This document shows, piece by piece, positions 19,031-28,387 of a stretch of 38,121 bases of DNA. The number at the start of each line of letters is the position of its first letter. Within the stretch, counting starts at the first letter, position 1. Below the pieces are notes generated by a model, which saw only the letters and a list, made by a program, of their open reading frames with translations, was not told where the DNA came from and made no database searches. Made by a program: the position numbers and the translations under genes. Source of the DNA: a virus (lineage: Duplodnaviria > Heunggongvirae > Uroviricota > Caudoviricetes); the IMG/VR virus record IMGVR_UViG_2563366897_000009. The stretch is one strand, 5' to 3'.

Positions 19031-19181
19031 CACTCCCACATGGGGAAATCTCGGTATATGGGGCGACCGCCTTCTGGATGCACTGGAAACCTGTAACGCG
19101 GATAAACGGGCCATTGAATTACTGGAACAGCGCAGGCTGCAACGACTGAACAACGAGGACAACAACCATGCTGAAAACTGA
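18861..19181 (+). CDS. lysC: Rz1-like outer-membrane lipoprotein spanin, embedded in another frame; start uncertain (GTG 18861 or ATG 18891)
   Basis: Lipobox LLTGC and a proline-rich mature region; embedded in and extending past lysB as in P2. Confidence 0.6.
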   Translation: MNSYATILQKMNAPTLCLTLVLLTGCAGTQNALRPAPSVRLIPQTLTIPVTPPPFPDTPTWGNLGIWGDRLLDALETCNADKRAIELLEQRRLQRLNNEDNNHAEN

Positions 19182-19635
19182 TTCCCTGCGTGAAGCCATG
19201 ACCCGTTCATGCCGATGGTGTCAGGCCAACCCGGAAAAATTCACCATTTTCGTGGAGAGCGGCAACATTGAAACGACCGGAGAAACGCCCTCGTTTGTTT
19301 ACCGCTATCAGATGGTGATGTTTGTCATGGATTACGCCGGGGAGCTGGACGACCTCACGCTGCCGCTACTGGCGTGGTTATCCGAAAATCAGCCACAGTT
19401 GTTGCTCAATCCGGAGCGTAATCAGGACATCAAATTCTCCGCCGTTATCAATGACGATGACAGCGCCGATCTCCTGTTTACGCTCCCCCTGCGGGAACGC
19501 GTTCGCATTACGCGCAGCAGTCAGGGGACACCGCAGGCAGAGCACCTGCCGGAGCCAAAACCCCGTCTGCCATCTTCCGAAGGCGACTGGTCGCATATAT
19601 TCCAGGATGTGACGTGGGGTGAAAGCGATGGATAA
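19168..19635 (+). CDS. R: tail completion protein R
   Basis: 155 aa at the gpR position; GAGGA ribosome-binding site. Confidence 0.7.
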   Translation: MLKTDSLREAMTRSCRWCQANPEKFTIFVESGNIETTGETPSFVYRYQMVMFVMDYAGELDDLTLPLLAWLSENQPQLLLNPERNQDIKFSAVINDDDSADLLFTLPLRERVRITRSSQGTPQAEHLPEPKPRLPSSEGDWSHIFQDVTWGESDG

Positions 19636-20263
19636 GGCATTCACCCGTGTGGATGAAACCTTTGAGGCCATCCGCGACAGCCTGAATCAGCAGGCCATCA
19701 ATAACATCGCCAGAAAGCTGGCACAGGATTTACGCCGCGCCCAGCAGGCGCGCATCCGGTCACAGAAAGCGCCGGACGGGACCGCATGGACACCACGCAG
19801 ACGCCGCGTAACCCGGATACAGGAGCGCATTCGCTTTATCTGGAATAACGAAGCACGCACGCTGAAAAACTGGCATCACGACACGGGGAAATACGGGCGA
19901 ACCATTACCGGGTGGGATGAGGATAAAAACAATATCCGCACGTTTTACCGGGATGACATCGACCGTTTTCTGGAAATACGCACCCGGCGCATCAACCAGG
20001 ACAGCACAAAGCGCGTCCCCATGTTCGTAAAACTGCGCACCGCCCGCTACCTGAAAGCCCGTGCAGATGCTTCCGGTGTGACGGTGGGTTACAGCGGCGT
20101 GGCCGCACGTATTGCACGCGTTCATCAGTTCGGTGAGCGCGATCAGGTTGCGCCGGGCATTTTCACCGATTACCCGGTACGTGAGCTGCTGGGTATCAGC
20201 CAGGCAGATGAGCGCCTGATTTATAACACGGTGCTGGGCCGGATTGCGGAGGCTGTACGGTGA
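19619..20263 (+). CDS. S: tail completion / virion morphogenesis protein S
   Basis: 214 aa at the gpS position; overlaps the R stop. Confidence 0.7.
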   Translation: MKAMDKAFTRVDETFEAIRDSLNQQAINNIARKLAQDLRRAQQARIRSQKAPDGTAWTPRRRRVTRIQERIRFIWNNEARTLKNWHHDTGKYGRTITGWDEDKNNIRTFYRDDIDRFLEIRTRRINQDSTKRVPMFVKLRTARYLKARADASGVTVGYSGVAARIARVHQFGERDQVAPGIFTDYPVRELLGISQADERLIYNTVLGRIAEAVR

Positions 20264-20841
20264 GCGCAGAACTCATGCGACTGCTGAGCAACATCATCCG
20301 TACCGGGATCATCTCTGAAGTTGATGAGGAATCCTGGTGCGTGCGCGTTCGCAGCGGCGAACTGGAAACAGGCTGGCTGCGCTGGAACACCACGCGCGCG
20401 GGAGCCTTCAATGTATGGCTGCCGCCATCACCAGGCGAACAGGTGGTAATTGCCTGCATTGGCGGCAACCCGGAAACCGCCATGATAATTGGCAGCCTGT
20501 GGAGTGATGCCAGTCCGGCCCCCGGCAAAAGCCTGAAAGAAATCGTGGTCAGCGCGCCGGATGGCGCGGTGTTCCGCTACGACGCGGAAGCAGGCGCACT
20601 GAGCGCCAGCGGCATGAAAACAGCCACCCTGCAGGCATCCGTCAGCGTGACACTGGACACGCCCGTCGTGGAATGCACAGACCTTCTGAGAACGGCGACG
20701 CTTGACGTCACAAAAGGAGGAAAGATGAGCGGCAATATCACGCACAGCGGCGGCAACTTCACCTCAAACGGCATTACCGTGCATACGCATAAACACGGTG
20801 GCGTGAAAGGCGGCAGCGATTCGACAGGAGGCCCGCAGTGA
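20260..20841 (+). CDS. V: baseplate spike protein V
   Basis: 193 aa at the gpV position; GTG start overlapping the S stop. Confidence 0.75.
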   Translation: MSAELMRLLSNIIRTGIISEVDEESWCVRVRSGELETGWLRWNTTRAGAFNVWLPPSPGEQVVIACIGGNPETAMIIGSLWSDASPAPGKSLKEIVVSAPDGAVFRYDAEAGALSASGMKTATLQASVSVTLDTPVVECTDLLRTATLDVTKGGKMSGNITHSGGNFTSNGITVHTHKHGGVKGGSDSTGGPQ

Positions 20842-21188
20842 CAACCCGCTACACAGGAATGAATCCGGACGGGACGGGAAACCTGAACGATATGGAGCAC
20901 CTGAAACAGTCAGTCAGGGATATCCTGACCACCCCGCTGGCAAGCCGGGTTATGCGACGGGAATATGGCAGCCTTGTGCCTGATTTGATTGACGAACCCA
21001 TGAATAACACCACGCGTCTGCAATGCATGAGTGCTGCCGTGATTGCGCTGACACGATGGGAACCCCGCATTGCCCTGGATGCCATCGACGTTGTCTGGAA
21101 AGCGGGAGGCCGCGCCGGGGTGACGCTGTCGGGCACTGTCATGCAGACCATGCAGAATGTTGAATTAACCATCACGCTGAGGGAGTAA
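20838..21188 (+). CDS. W: baseplate wedge protein W
   Basis: MTTRYTGMN...RVMRREYGSL resembles P2 gpW as recalled. Confidence 0.8.
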   Translation: MTTRYTGMNPDGTGNLNDMEHLKQSVRDILTTPLASRVMRREYGSLVPDLIDEPMNNTTRLQCMSAAVIALTRWEPRIALDAIDVVWKAGGRAGVTLSGTVMQTMQNVELTITLRE

Positions 21189-21191
21189 ATC

Positions 21192-22088
21192 ATGCCTGCC
21201 GTTGACCTTTCCCAGTTACCGGAACCCGCCATCATCGCGGAGCCTGACTTTGAGGCAATTCTGGCTGACACAAAGGCCATGATGATTGCGGCTTATCACG
21301 CCGAACAGCGTGAAGCCGTTTCCGCCGCGCTGGAGCTGGAATCGGAACCCCTGAACGTTATCGCCCAGACAACAGCGTTTCGTGAAATGCTGTTACGCCA
21401 GCGGGTCAATGAGGGGGCACGCGCCTGCATGTTAAGCCACAGCGCCGGGACAGACCTGGACAACCTCGCGGGCAATATGAACACAAAGCGCCTGACCATC
21501 ACTCCGGCAACGGATACCACCGACGCAGTGATGGAAAGTGACACCTCGCTGAGACTGCGGGCGCAGCGGGCGTACGATGGCCTGAGTGTTGCTGGCCCGT
21601 CAGGTGCATACGAGTATTTTGCCCGCAGCGCCAGCGGTCTGGTGCGTGATGCGCGGGCTATCAGTCCGTCTCCGGCAAATGTGACGGTTTCCATTCTGTC
21701 CACTGAAGGCGACGGCACAGCAACGGAGGCGTTGCTTAATACCGTTCGCGCCGTTCTGAATGCAGAGGACACCCGCCCGGTGGCCGACCGCCTGACCGTA
21801 CAGAGCGCCAGAATCGTGACATGGCGGCTGAATGCAAAACTGTACTTTTACCCCGGTCCGGAATCCGAACCTATTCTGGCTGCGGCGGAATCGTCGTTCA
21901 GGAAGTGGCTGGCTGAGCAGGGGCTTATCGGTCAGGACGTGGCGTTGTCCGCCATTGCTGCCGCACTGCATGTGCACGGTGTGCAACGCGTGGAGATAAT
22001 CGAACCCACACAGAATATGGCCATCAGCGACATACAGGCGGCGCGCTGTGAGTCATTCACCATCAGCGAAGGTGGGCGCAATGAGTAA
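21192..22088 (+). CDS. J: baseplate protein J
   Basis: 298 aa at the gpJ position; GAGGGA ribosome-binding site. Confidence 0.75.
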   Translation: MPAVDLSQLPEPAIIAEPDFEAILADTKAMMIAAYHAEQREAVSAALELESEPLNVIAQTTAFREMLLRQRVNEGARACMLSHSAGTDLDNLAGNMNTKRLTITPATDTTDAVMESDTSLRLRAQRAYDGLSVAGPSGAYEYFARSASGLVRDARAISPSPANVTVSILSTEGDGTATEALLNTVRAVLNAEDTRPVADRLTVQSARIVTWRLNAKLYFYPGPESEPILAAAESSFRKWLAEQGLIGQDVALSAIAAALHVHGVQRVEIIEPTQNMAISDIQAARCESFTISEGGRNE

Positions 22089-22611
22089 TTCGTTGTTACC
22101 ACCATCAGCCAGCAATTTCATGCGTTGTGCCGAAGCCGTCGGAACACGCATTACAGACATTCCGGTAGACCTCAACACACTGTGGTCGCCGGATACCTGC
22201 CCGGTGCATCTGCTGCCCTATCTCGCCTGGGCATTTTCCGTTGACCGCTGGGATCGCAACTGGCCGGAAGAGACAAAGCGACAGGTTATTCGTGATGCAT
22301 GGCTGATACACCGACACAAAGGGACCATCAGCGCACTGCGCAGGGCCATTGAGCCGCTGGGATACCTCATTCGCGTGTCTGAGTGGTGGGAGTTCGGCGG
22401 AGAACCGGGAACATTTACCGTTGAAGTCGGCACACTGGACAGTGGCGTGACGGAGGAAATGTATCTGGAAATGGAGCGGTTGATTGCTGATGCCCGCCCG
22501 GTCAGCCGCCACATGACAGGGCTGAATATCATTCAGGAAATTCCGGGGGATATTTTCGCAGCGGCGGCAACTTATGACGGTGAAGTTATTACCATTTATC
22601 CGGACGATTAA
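22081..22611 (+). CDS. I: baseplate / tail protein I
   Basis: 176 aa overlapping the J stop by 8 nt; AAGGTGGG ribosome-binding site. Confidence 0.7.
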   Translation: MSNSLLPPSASNFMRCAEAVGTRITDIPVDLNTLWSPDTCPVHLLPYLAWAFSVDRWDRNWPEETKRQVIRDAWLIHRHKGTISALRRAIEPLGYLIRVSEWWEFGGEPGTFTVEVGTLDSGVTEEMYLEMERLIADARPVSRHMTGLNIIQEIPGDIFAAAATYDGEVITIYPDD

Positions 22612-22613
22612 GC

Positions 22614-24038
22614 ATGAGTACCACAACACGAAAATTTAAAACCGTTATCACCGATACAGGTGCAAAAAAATTAGCTCAGGCAGCCGCGCCAGATGGTAAG
22701 CCTGTCCGCCTGACTCATATGGCCGTGGGCGACGGTGGCGGCACGTTGCCCACACCAGACAGTAAGCAGACCCGTCTGGTGCATGAGGTGTGGCGACACA
22801 CTGTTAATCGCGTCATCCTGGACGCAACACATCAGAACCGCATTATTGCGGAGCTGGTTATACCTCCTGAAACGGGCGGATTCTGGATCCGGGAAATTGG
22901 TGTATTTGATGAGCACGGCGATTTAATCGCGGTGGGCAATACTGCCGAAAGTTACAAGCCAACCGTTGCCGAGGGGTCCGGACGTGCACAAACATTTCGC
23001 ACCATTCTGACCGTATCCAGCACTGCCAGCGTGGCGCTTACCGTGGATAACACCATGGTGATGGCCACAGTGGATTACGTGGATGACAAACTGAAAGAGC
23101 ATGAACAGTCACGACGTCACCCGGATGCCTCGCTGACCGCAAAAGGCTTTGTTCAACTCAGTAGCGCCACTAACAGCGATTCTGAAACGCTGGCCGCAAC
23201 GCCGAAAGCGGTTAAGGCCGCGTATGACCTGGCTAACGGAAAATATACCGCTCAGGACGCCACGACGGCACGAAAAGGGATAGTCCAGCTCAGCAGTGCA
23301 ACCAACAGCACGTCTGAAACGCAGGCTGCAACGCCGAAAGCAGTAAAGGCGGCATATGACCTTGCTAACGCAAAATATACCGCTCAGGACGCAACGACGG
23401 CACGAAAAGGGATAGTTCAGCTCAGTAGCGCCACTAACAGCCCGTCTGAAACGCTGGCTGCGACACCAAAAGCGGTTAAGGCGGTAATGGATGAAACGAA
23501 CAAGAAAGCGCCTTTAAACAGTCCTGCGCTGACCGGAACGCCAACAACGCCAACTGCGCGACAGGGAACGAATAATACCCAAATCGCAAGCACGGCTTTC
23601 GTTATGGCTGCGATTGCCGCCCTTGTAGATTCGTCACCTGACGCACTGAATACGCTGAACAAGTTAGCGGCGGCGCTGGGAAACGACCCGAATTTTGCGA
23701 CCACCATGACTAACGCGCTTGCGGGTAAGCAACCGAAAGATGCCACCCTGACGGCGCTGGCCGGGCTTGCTACTGCGGCAGACAGGTTTCCGTATTTTAC
23801 GGGGAATGATGTCGCCAGCCTGGCAACCCTGACAAAAGTCGGGCGGGATATTCTTGCGAAATCGACCGTTGCTGCCGTTATCGAATACCTCGGTTTGCAG
23901 GAAACGGTAAATCTGGCTTCTGGCGCATTACAGAAAAACCAGAACGGCGCAGATATTCCGGGTAAAGATACCTTCACCAAAAACATTGGTGCCTGCCGCG
24001 AAGACGGCGCAGGGATGAAAAAAGGTATGGAGCATTAG
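22614..24038 (+). CDS. H: tail fibre protein H, conserved part plus a 44-aa tail after the crossover site; distal domain appears truncated
   Basis: 474 aa with three tandem 44-aa fibre repeats; the reading frame crosses the invertase site at 23878..23903 and stops at 24036. Confidence 0.75.
   Translation: MSTTTRKFKTVITDTGAKKLAQAAAPDGKPVRLTHMAVGDGGGTLPTPDSKQTRLVHEVWRHTVNRVILDATHQNRIIAELVIPPETGGFWIREIGVFDEHGDLIAVGNTAESYKPTVAEGSGRAQTFRTILTVSSTASVALTVDNTMVMATVDYVDDKLKEHEQSRRHPDASLTAKGFVQLSSATNSDSETLAATPKAVKAAYDLANGKYTAQDATTARKGIVQLSSATNSTSETQAATPKAVKAAYDLANAKYTAQDATTARKGIVQLSSATNSPSETLAATPKAVKAVMDETNKKAPLNSPALTGTPTTPTARQGTNNTQIASTAFVMAAIAALVDSSPDALNTLNKLAAALGNDPNFATTMTNALAGKQPKDATLTALAGLATAADRFPYFTGNDVASLATLTKVGRDILAKSTVAAVIEYLGLQETVNLASGALQKNQNGADIPGKDTFTKNIGACREDGAGMKKGMEH
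23878..23903. repeat. left crossover site for the Gin/Pin-type invertase (gix-like), inside H
   Basis: TTATCGAATACCTCGGTTTGCAGGAA is the inverted counterpart of the site at 27181..27206, differing at a few positions; both share the central TC/GA dinucleotide. Confidence 0.7.
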
Positions 24039-25142
24039 GTATGGACAGCGCCGCCATTTGCTGTTGGGCGGAAGAGTCATCGAGTTTTTAACCGTCGTTC
24101 CAGAAGGAGCACTGGCTCACGGGCTTCTGGAGTTATTATGGCGACTACAGCTACCGGTTGTGATTATACTAGGCTTAACTGTGAAGTGAATGAAGTGATA
24201 GGGACTGGTGGCGCAATGGCCCGTCGTGCTTATGCGGCAAGTACGTCTTCCGCGGGCCAGACTAATGAGCGCCAATTCCCCTATATTGTTCATGGCCATA
24301 AATAAGCTGATGTATGCAGAGTAGATTACGTCACGAGCAACCCGTTTCCTGTACTTGCTTTTGCGCAAAAAGGACTAACGGTCATTGATGAAAATGATGA
24401 TGATTCGATCGGTAATACCAGAGTTAATTATGCAGCAACCAGTCGCGCGTCAACATTCATGCTCCAACTAACTATTCAGGATGGGAACAACGCTCGAGTA
24501 CATTTCCGTGCGAACTCAATATACGGCATTAACTCTTTTCGTACCGCGAATCATGGGAATGGCTTTGCAAATGACTTGTCGGGGTTTTAAATAACAACCG
24601 GAGATACCTATGCGGGGTATATTCGAGCAGATGCTGGGGCGCAATGTACTTATAGTTTTGGTGCGGATGTACTCCTGGGTGGACATGGCTCTGCTCAGAC
24701 ATTAAATGGTATCGGCTCTGCTGAAAGGACGGTTTATGTAGTTTCGAGTGCAGATACCGGTACCCGTAATGAATCATTTAATTCGACGCGGGCTTCGTCA
24801 GTACCAAATTGCACTAATCGGAGGGATTATACAGCGGGGCGTATCTATAGACAGTGCACTTAAGATAACTTACTGACGTTAACCGTAAAACGAAAGAGCA
24901 AAACCAGCAACTGGAGCAACATAAAATCCAATGACGTTAAAGAGGGTAGGCATAGCACAGGGCAAAATAATGGAAGGAACTACTGGCAGACATTGAGCAA
25001 ACGGTGCCCTTCAATACCGGTATTATTTTTTGTAAAGGTTCGGGTGTTTGATCAAAACATCGGGAATGCTCTTGCGGGTTTGTATTACAGGCTAGTACAG
25101 CAAAACATAATGCGGACATGGCGTGTAGAAGGGTGCGTAAAA
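24039..25142 (+). pseudogene. forward-orientation tail-fibre variable arm broken by in-frame stops
   Basis: In the H reading frame only five stops occur across about 410 codons (at 24036, 24303, 24588, 24861, 25143); the translation is fibre-like and homologous to the opposite arm. Confidence 0.5.
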
Positions 25143-26241
25143 TAGGATGAGTGTAAAGAACATCTAAGCGCGAAAAAGAAAAAAGCCAGCACGCTAAAAG
25201 TGAAAAACAAAGCCTGGTATCACTCGGCTTTAATATGAACCAGCGATAGGCCGGTCAGATAAAGTTAAGAATTTTTTCCGAGGAAAATTAACAAATGTTA
25301 ACAGAGTGAATACTCTTTTTGCAGCTAGTCCAATATATGCACAAACGCAGCCTCCCGGTAATTTTTGCGGAGCTGAGGTAACTAGTAATAGCTTCATATC
25401 ACGTCCTGATGTTTACGGTGAATTGATTGGCCAGTCTGGCTCTGCCGTAACACCGAGTCAGACCGTAGATGAGTAGCGTTCACATGAATCAACACGTGAG
25501 GACTCGTTACCTTCCGCAGTAGTCAGCGTGATTGAGCGATTGAGTCGCTGTATAAGGCTGTCTATGTCGGCGAGTGAGGAATGCTCTTGACTTGCGTCCT
25601 GGGGTCGCTGTAGAGCTGTCGTCTAAAGCCGGTAAACGACAAAGCCATCATGGCCCCACAATCTACCTGAGTCGTCAGGGCGCCGGTTGGAGCTTATACC
25701 CGTTCTGGTAACACCGCTAAAACTATCGGCAGGCTGCGAGGAAGTATAGCTTCTAATTTCTACACTAATAGCATCCTCACCGTTAATATTCTTTTATTTG
25801 CGTCGGAAAAGGTGCCTCGCTTTCTCAGAGCAGTCCTTCCCTGCGTCTTATCAAAGACGAACTGTAGCATGCTTTTCTGTTAATTTTCCCTCTGCCAGCT
25901 TTTCACCGTTACCGGATTTTATCGCTTTTCAATGCCTCCTTCTATGAGCATCCAACATCCTGCCATGTGCGAATGGTATATTGTTGTAATAGCCGGTAAT
26001 TAAAAGCCGCTTGATTCTTGCGGAATAAGTAACCAGTCACCCTAATCAATACAACAGATAATACCTGTCTTGTCGTGCACCAGTAGCTCCGTGTTTGGCA
26101 GGTAATTATATTGTTCCTCAGATCAGATCTTAGCATCCTATCAATAACATATCTTGATTTAATGTTGTCCCGGTTGCTTGGATTTATCTGTTGTTTTAGG
26201 GCTGATAGCACTAAGGTTTCTGTAGTGCATCATCGATAGAA

Positions 26242-27180
26242 ACGCCCGGCTTTATACCACCTCCGATCAGCGCCAGATGGTCTTGACCAAGTTCCCCACG
26301 AGTCAATTGATTCATTACGGGTTCCGTTATTTGAACTTGTAACGGCATAACACTACCTGTCAGCACAGTCAATACCCTTCAATGATAGAGCAGAGCACTT
26401 TCTACACAGGCGTATATGCATAATATTACCAGAATTACATTGTGCCTCAGCATCAGTTTGAACATACCCCGTAGAGGTATCTCCGGAAGCGGTTGAATTC
26501 CCCGCCCGGTCAGTAGCAGAGCCAAAACCAAGATTTCCTCTAAAAATGGCATTAACACCGATCCTTGAATTAAAGCAATAATACCCACGAGCGCAGCTCC
26601 ACTCCTGAATGGCTAGGGCGTTGGTGCTTGCTGTTGCACGACTAATAGCTCCCCAATTAAATCCGGTTTGACAGTTCGTGTAATCCTGTGTAGGATTAAT
26701 GACCGTTCGCCCTTTTTGGGCTAAAACAAACGCAGGCAGAGCCTTGTTCGCGACGTAATAAAGGCTGCATCCAGGATCTTATTCATCGCTATTTTTAATA
26801 GAGTGGAATTCGGGCTCATTAATCTGGCCCGCCCAAAACTAACCTGCCGTAGATACGCGAAGGGTAGTCCAGCCGCCAGTGATAATCATTTCATCGACTG
26901 CACATGTATGAAAAGCATTATCACAACTGGCATATGTGGTGGCTATAATCACTGCATAAGCCCATGAGCCTTTGCTCCCTGAGTAAGGCTGGTTAATTGC
27001 TGCCTGCCACTCTCCACCAACAGTAAAATACGGCGCATTACAGACCTACCGATCCCTACCTTTATTCAGCCACACCCCGCATTCGCGGCAGGCACCAATG
27101 TTTTTGGGGAAGGTATCTTTACCCGGAATATCTGCGCCGTTCTGGTTTTTCTGTAATGCGCCAGAAGCCTGATTTACCGT
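26242..27180 (-). pseudogene. reverse-orientation tail-fibre variable arm broken by in-frame stops
   Basis: Read inward from the right crossover site the first 44 codons nearly repeat those after the left site, then a TAG; fibre-like sequence continues with further TAG/TAA/TGA stops. Confidence 0.5.
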
Positions 27181-27206
27181 TTCCTGTAAACCGAGGTTTT
27201 AGATAA
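27181..27206. repeat. right crossover site for the Gin/Pin-type invertase
   Basis: TTCCTGTAAACCGAGGTTTTAGATAA resembles gix/hix-type sites as recalled; lies 55 bp before the invertase start. Confidence 0.75.
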
Positions 27207-27260
27207 TGGCCGTTTCCGGCCTGCATGGCATGATTTGCGCTTTTGGACGGGAGATTCAGT

Positions 27261-27860
27261 GTGCTGATTGGTTATGTAAGGGTATCAACAAATGACCAGA
27301 ATACAGGCCTGCAACGAAACGCTCTTGTTTGTGCAGGATGTGAACAAATATTTGAAGATAAATTAAGCGGGACAAAGACAGACCGACCGGGATTAAAACG
27401 CGCTTTAAAGCGGCTTCAAAAAGGTGACACGCTGGTTGTCTGGAAACTGGATCGCCTTGGGCGAAGCATGAAACATCTGATTTCTCTCGTCGGAGAACTA
27501 CGGGAGCGAGGGATTAATTTTCGCAGTCTGACCGACAGCATAGATACATCTTCTCCAATGGGGCGTTTTTTCTTCCACGTGATGGGTGCCCTGGCTGAAA
27601 TGGAACGTGAATTAATTGTTGAACGTACACTGGCCGGACTGGCGGCAGCGCGCGCACGGGGGCGCACAGGCGGACGTCGCCCGAAGCTGACAAAAGAACA
27701 GCATGAGCAAATAGCAAGGCTGATCAAAAACGGTCATGACAGGAAACAACTGGCGATCATTTACGGCATCGGCATATCGACGATTTATCGTTATCACCCT
27801 GTAGGCGATATACAGGCTGAAGAAACAACCTGGCAGACTCAGGAAAATGAAAACCGCTAA
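27261..27860 (+). CDS. serine DNA invertase (Pin/Gin/Hin/Cin family)
   Basis: VLIGYVRVSTNDQNTGLQRNAL...VWKLDRLGRS is close to e14 Pin as recalled; GTG start with a GGGAG ribosome-binding site. Confidence 0.85.
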   Translation: MLIGYVRVSTNDQNTGLQRNALVCAGCEQIFEDKLSGTKTDRPGLKRALKRLQKGDTLVVWKLDRLGRSMKHLISLVGELRERGINFRSLTDSIDTSSPMGRFFFHVMGALAEMERELIVERTLAGLAAARARGRTGGRRPKLTKEQHEQIARLIKNGHDRKQLAIIYGIGISTIYRYHPVGDIQAEETTWQTQENENR

Positions 27861-27880
27861 TCTGACCATTAGCGGTTTTG
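27853..27880. terminator. hairpin terminator shared by convergent invertase and U
   Basis: 9-bp perfect stem ACCGCTAAT / ATTAGCGGT followed by TTTT; overlaps the invertase stop codon. Confidence 0.5.
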
Positions 27881-27886
27881 CGTTAA

Positions 27887-28381
27887 TCAAAACAGCCCTT
27901 TAACGGAGCTGGCCGCGCTGTTAAGGGATGATGTGACCTTATCTTTGAAGCCGGACAGCATATCACTGAACGATGAGGATTGCAGGCGCTCCCGCAAATC
28001 CTCATCACAGCGTTCAAGGGTCAGTGAAAATTCTATCTTTTTCGCCTTACCGTAGCGATCAAACTCGGAACGGGTCGTATTCGTTCCGGTCAGGACATAC
28101 ATGCCGTAAATCTGCCCGACGCCATCAATCAAAGGCCAGGGTCGTCCTGTATACGCCTGCGTGGTCAGCAGCGACAGCGACACTTCGCCACCTGTAATTT
28201 CAGGATAAAGCACACCAGAAAGAACGATGCGATCATCACCTGCACCGATATACTGCCAGCTTGCTGAACGGTTAACGCGTTCATTTTTCACATGCCGCCA
28301 GCTTTTGTTTTGCTGTAACTGCTGATGCGGCAGCGTGCGCAGCTCAAAAACAAACATGCCGTAGATCATCATCATGGCCAT
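27887..28381 (-). CDS. U: tail protein U
   Basis: 164 aa directly downstream of T on the minus strand; size and position match P2 gpU. Confidence 0.7.
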   Translation of the reverse strand: MAMMMIYGMFVFELRTLPHQQLQQNKSWRHVKNERVNRSASWQYIGAGDDRIVLSGVLYPEITGGEVSLSLLTTQAYTGRPWPLIDGVGQIYGMYVLTGTNTTRSEFDRYGKAKKIEFSLTLERCDEDLRERLQSSSFSDMLSGFKDKVTSSLNSAASSVKGLF

Positions 28382-28387
28382 GACTCC

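Larger units (their letters stand above)
23904..27180. other. invertible tail-fibre segment (G-segment analogue), coding capacity degenerate
   Basis: Bounded by inverted 26-bp crossover sites with the invertase gene adjacent; no intact ORF over 90 aa on either strand. Confidence 0.65.

Noticed and set aside
23142-23540. Possible CRISPR array, suggested by regularly spaced near-identical repeats
   Set aside because: The repeats are in-frame 132-bp coding units of tail fibre H with no spacer architecture; no CRISPR array was seen anywhere in the window.
24117-26588. Five minus-strand ORFs of 60 to 89 aa inside the invertible segment
   Set aside because: Lengths and composition are consistent with chance ORFs; none has a convincing start context or resembles tail-fibre or assembly proteins.
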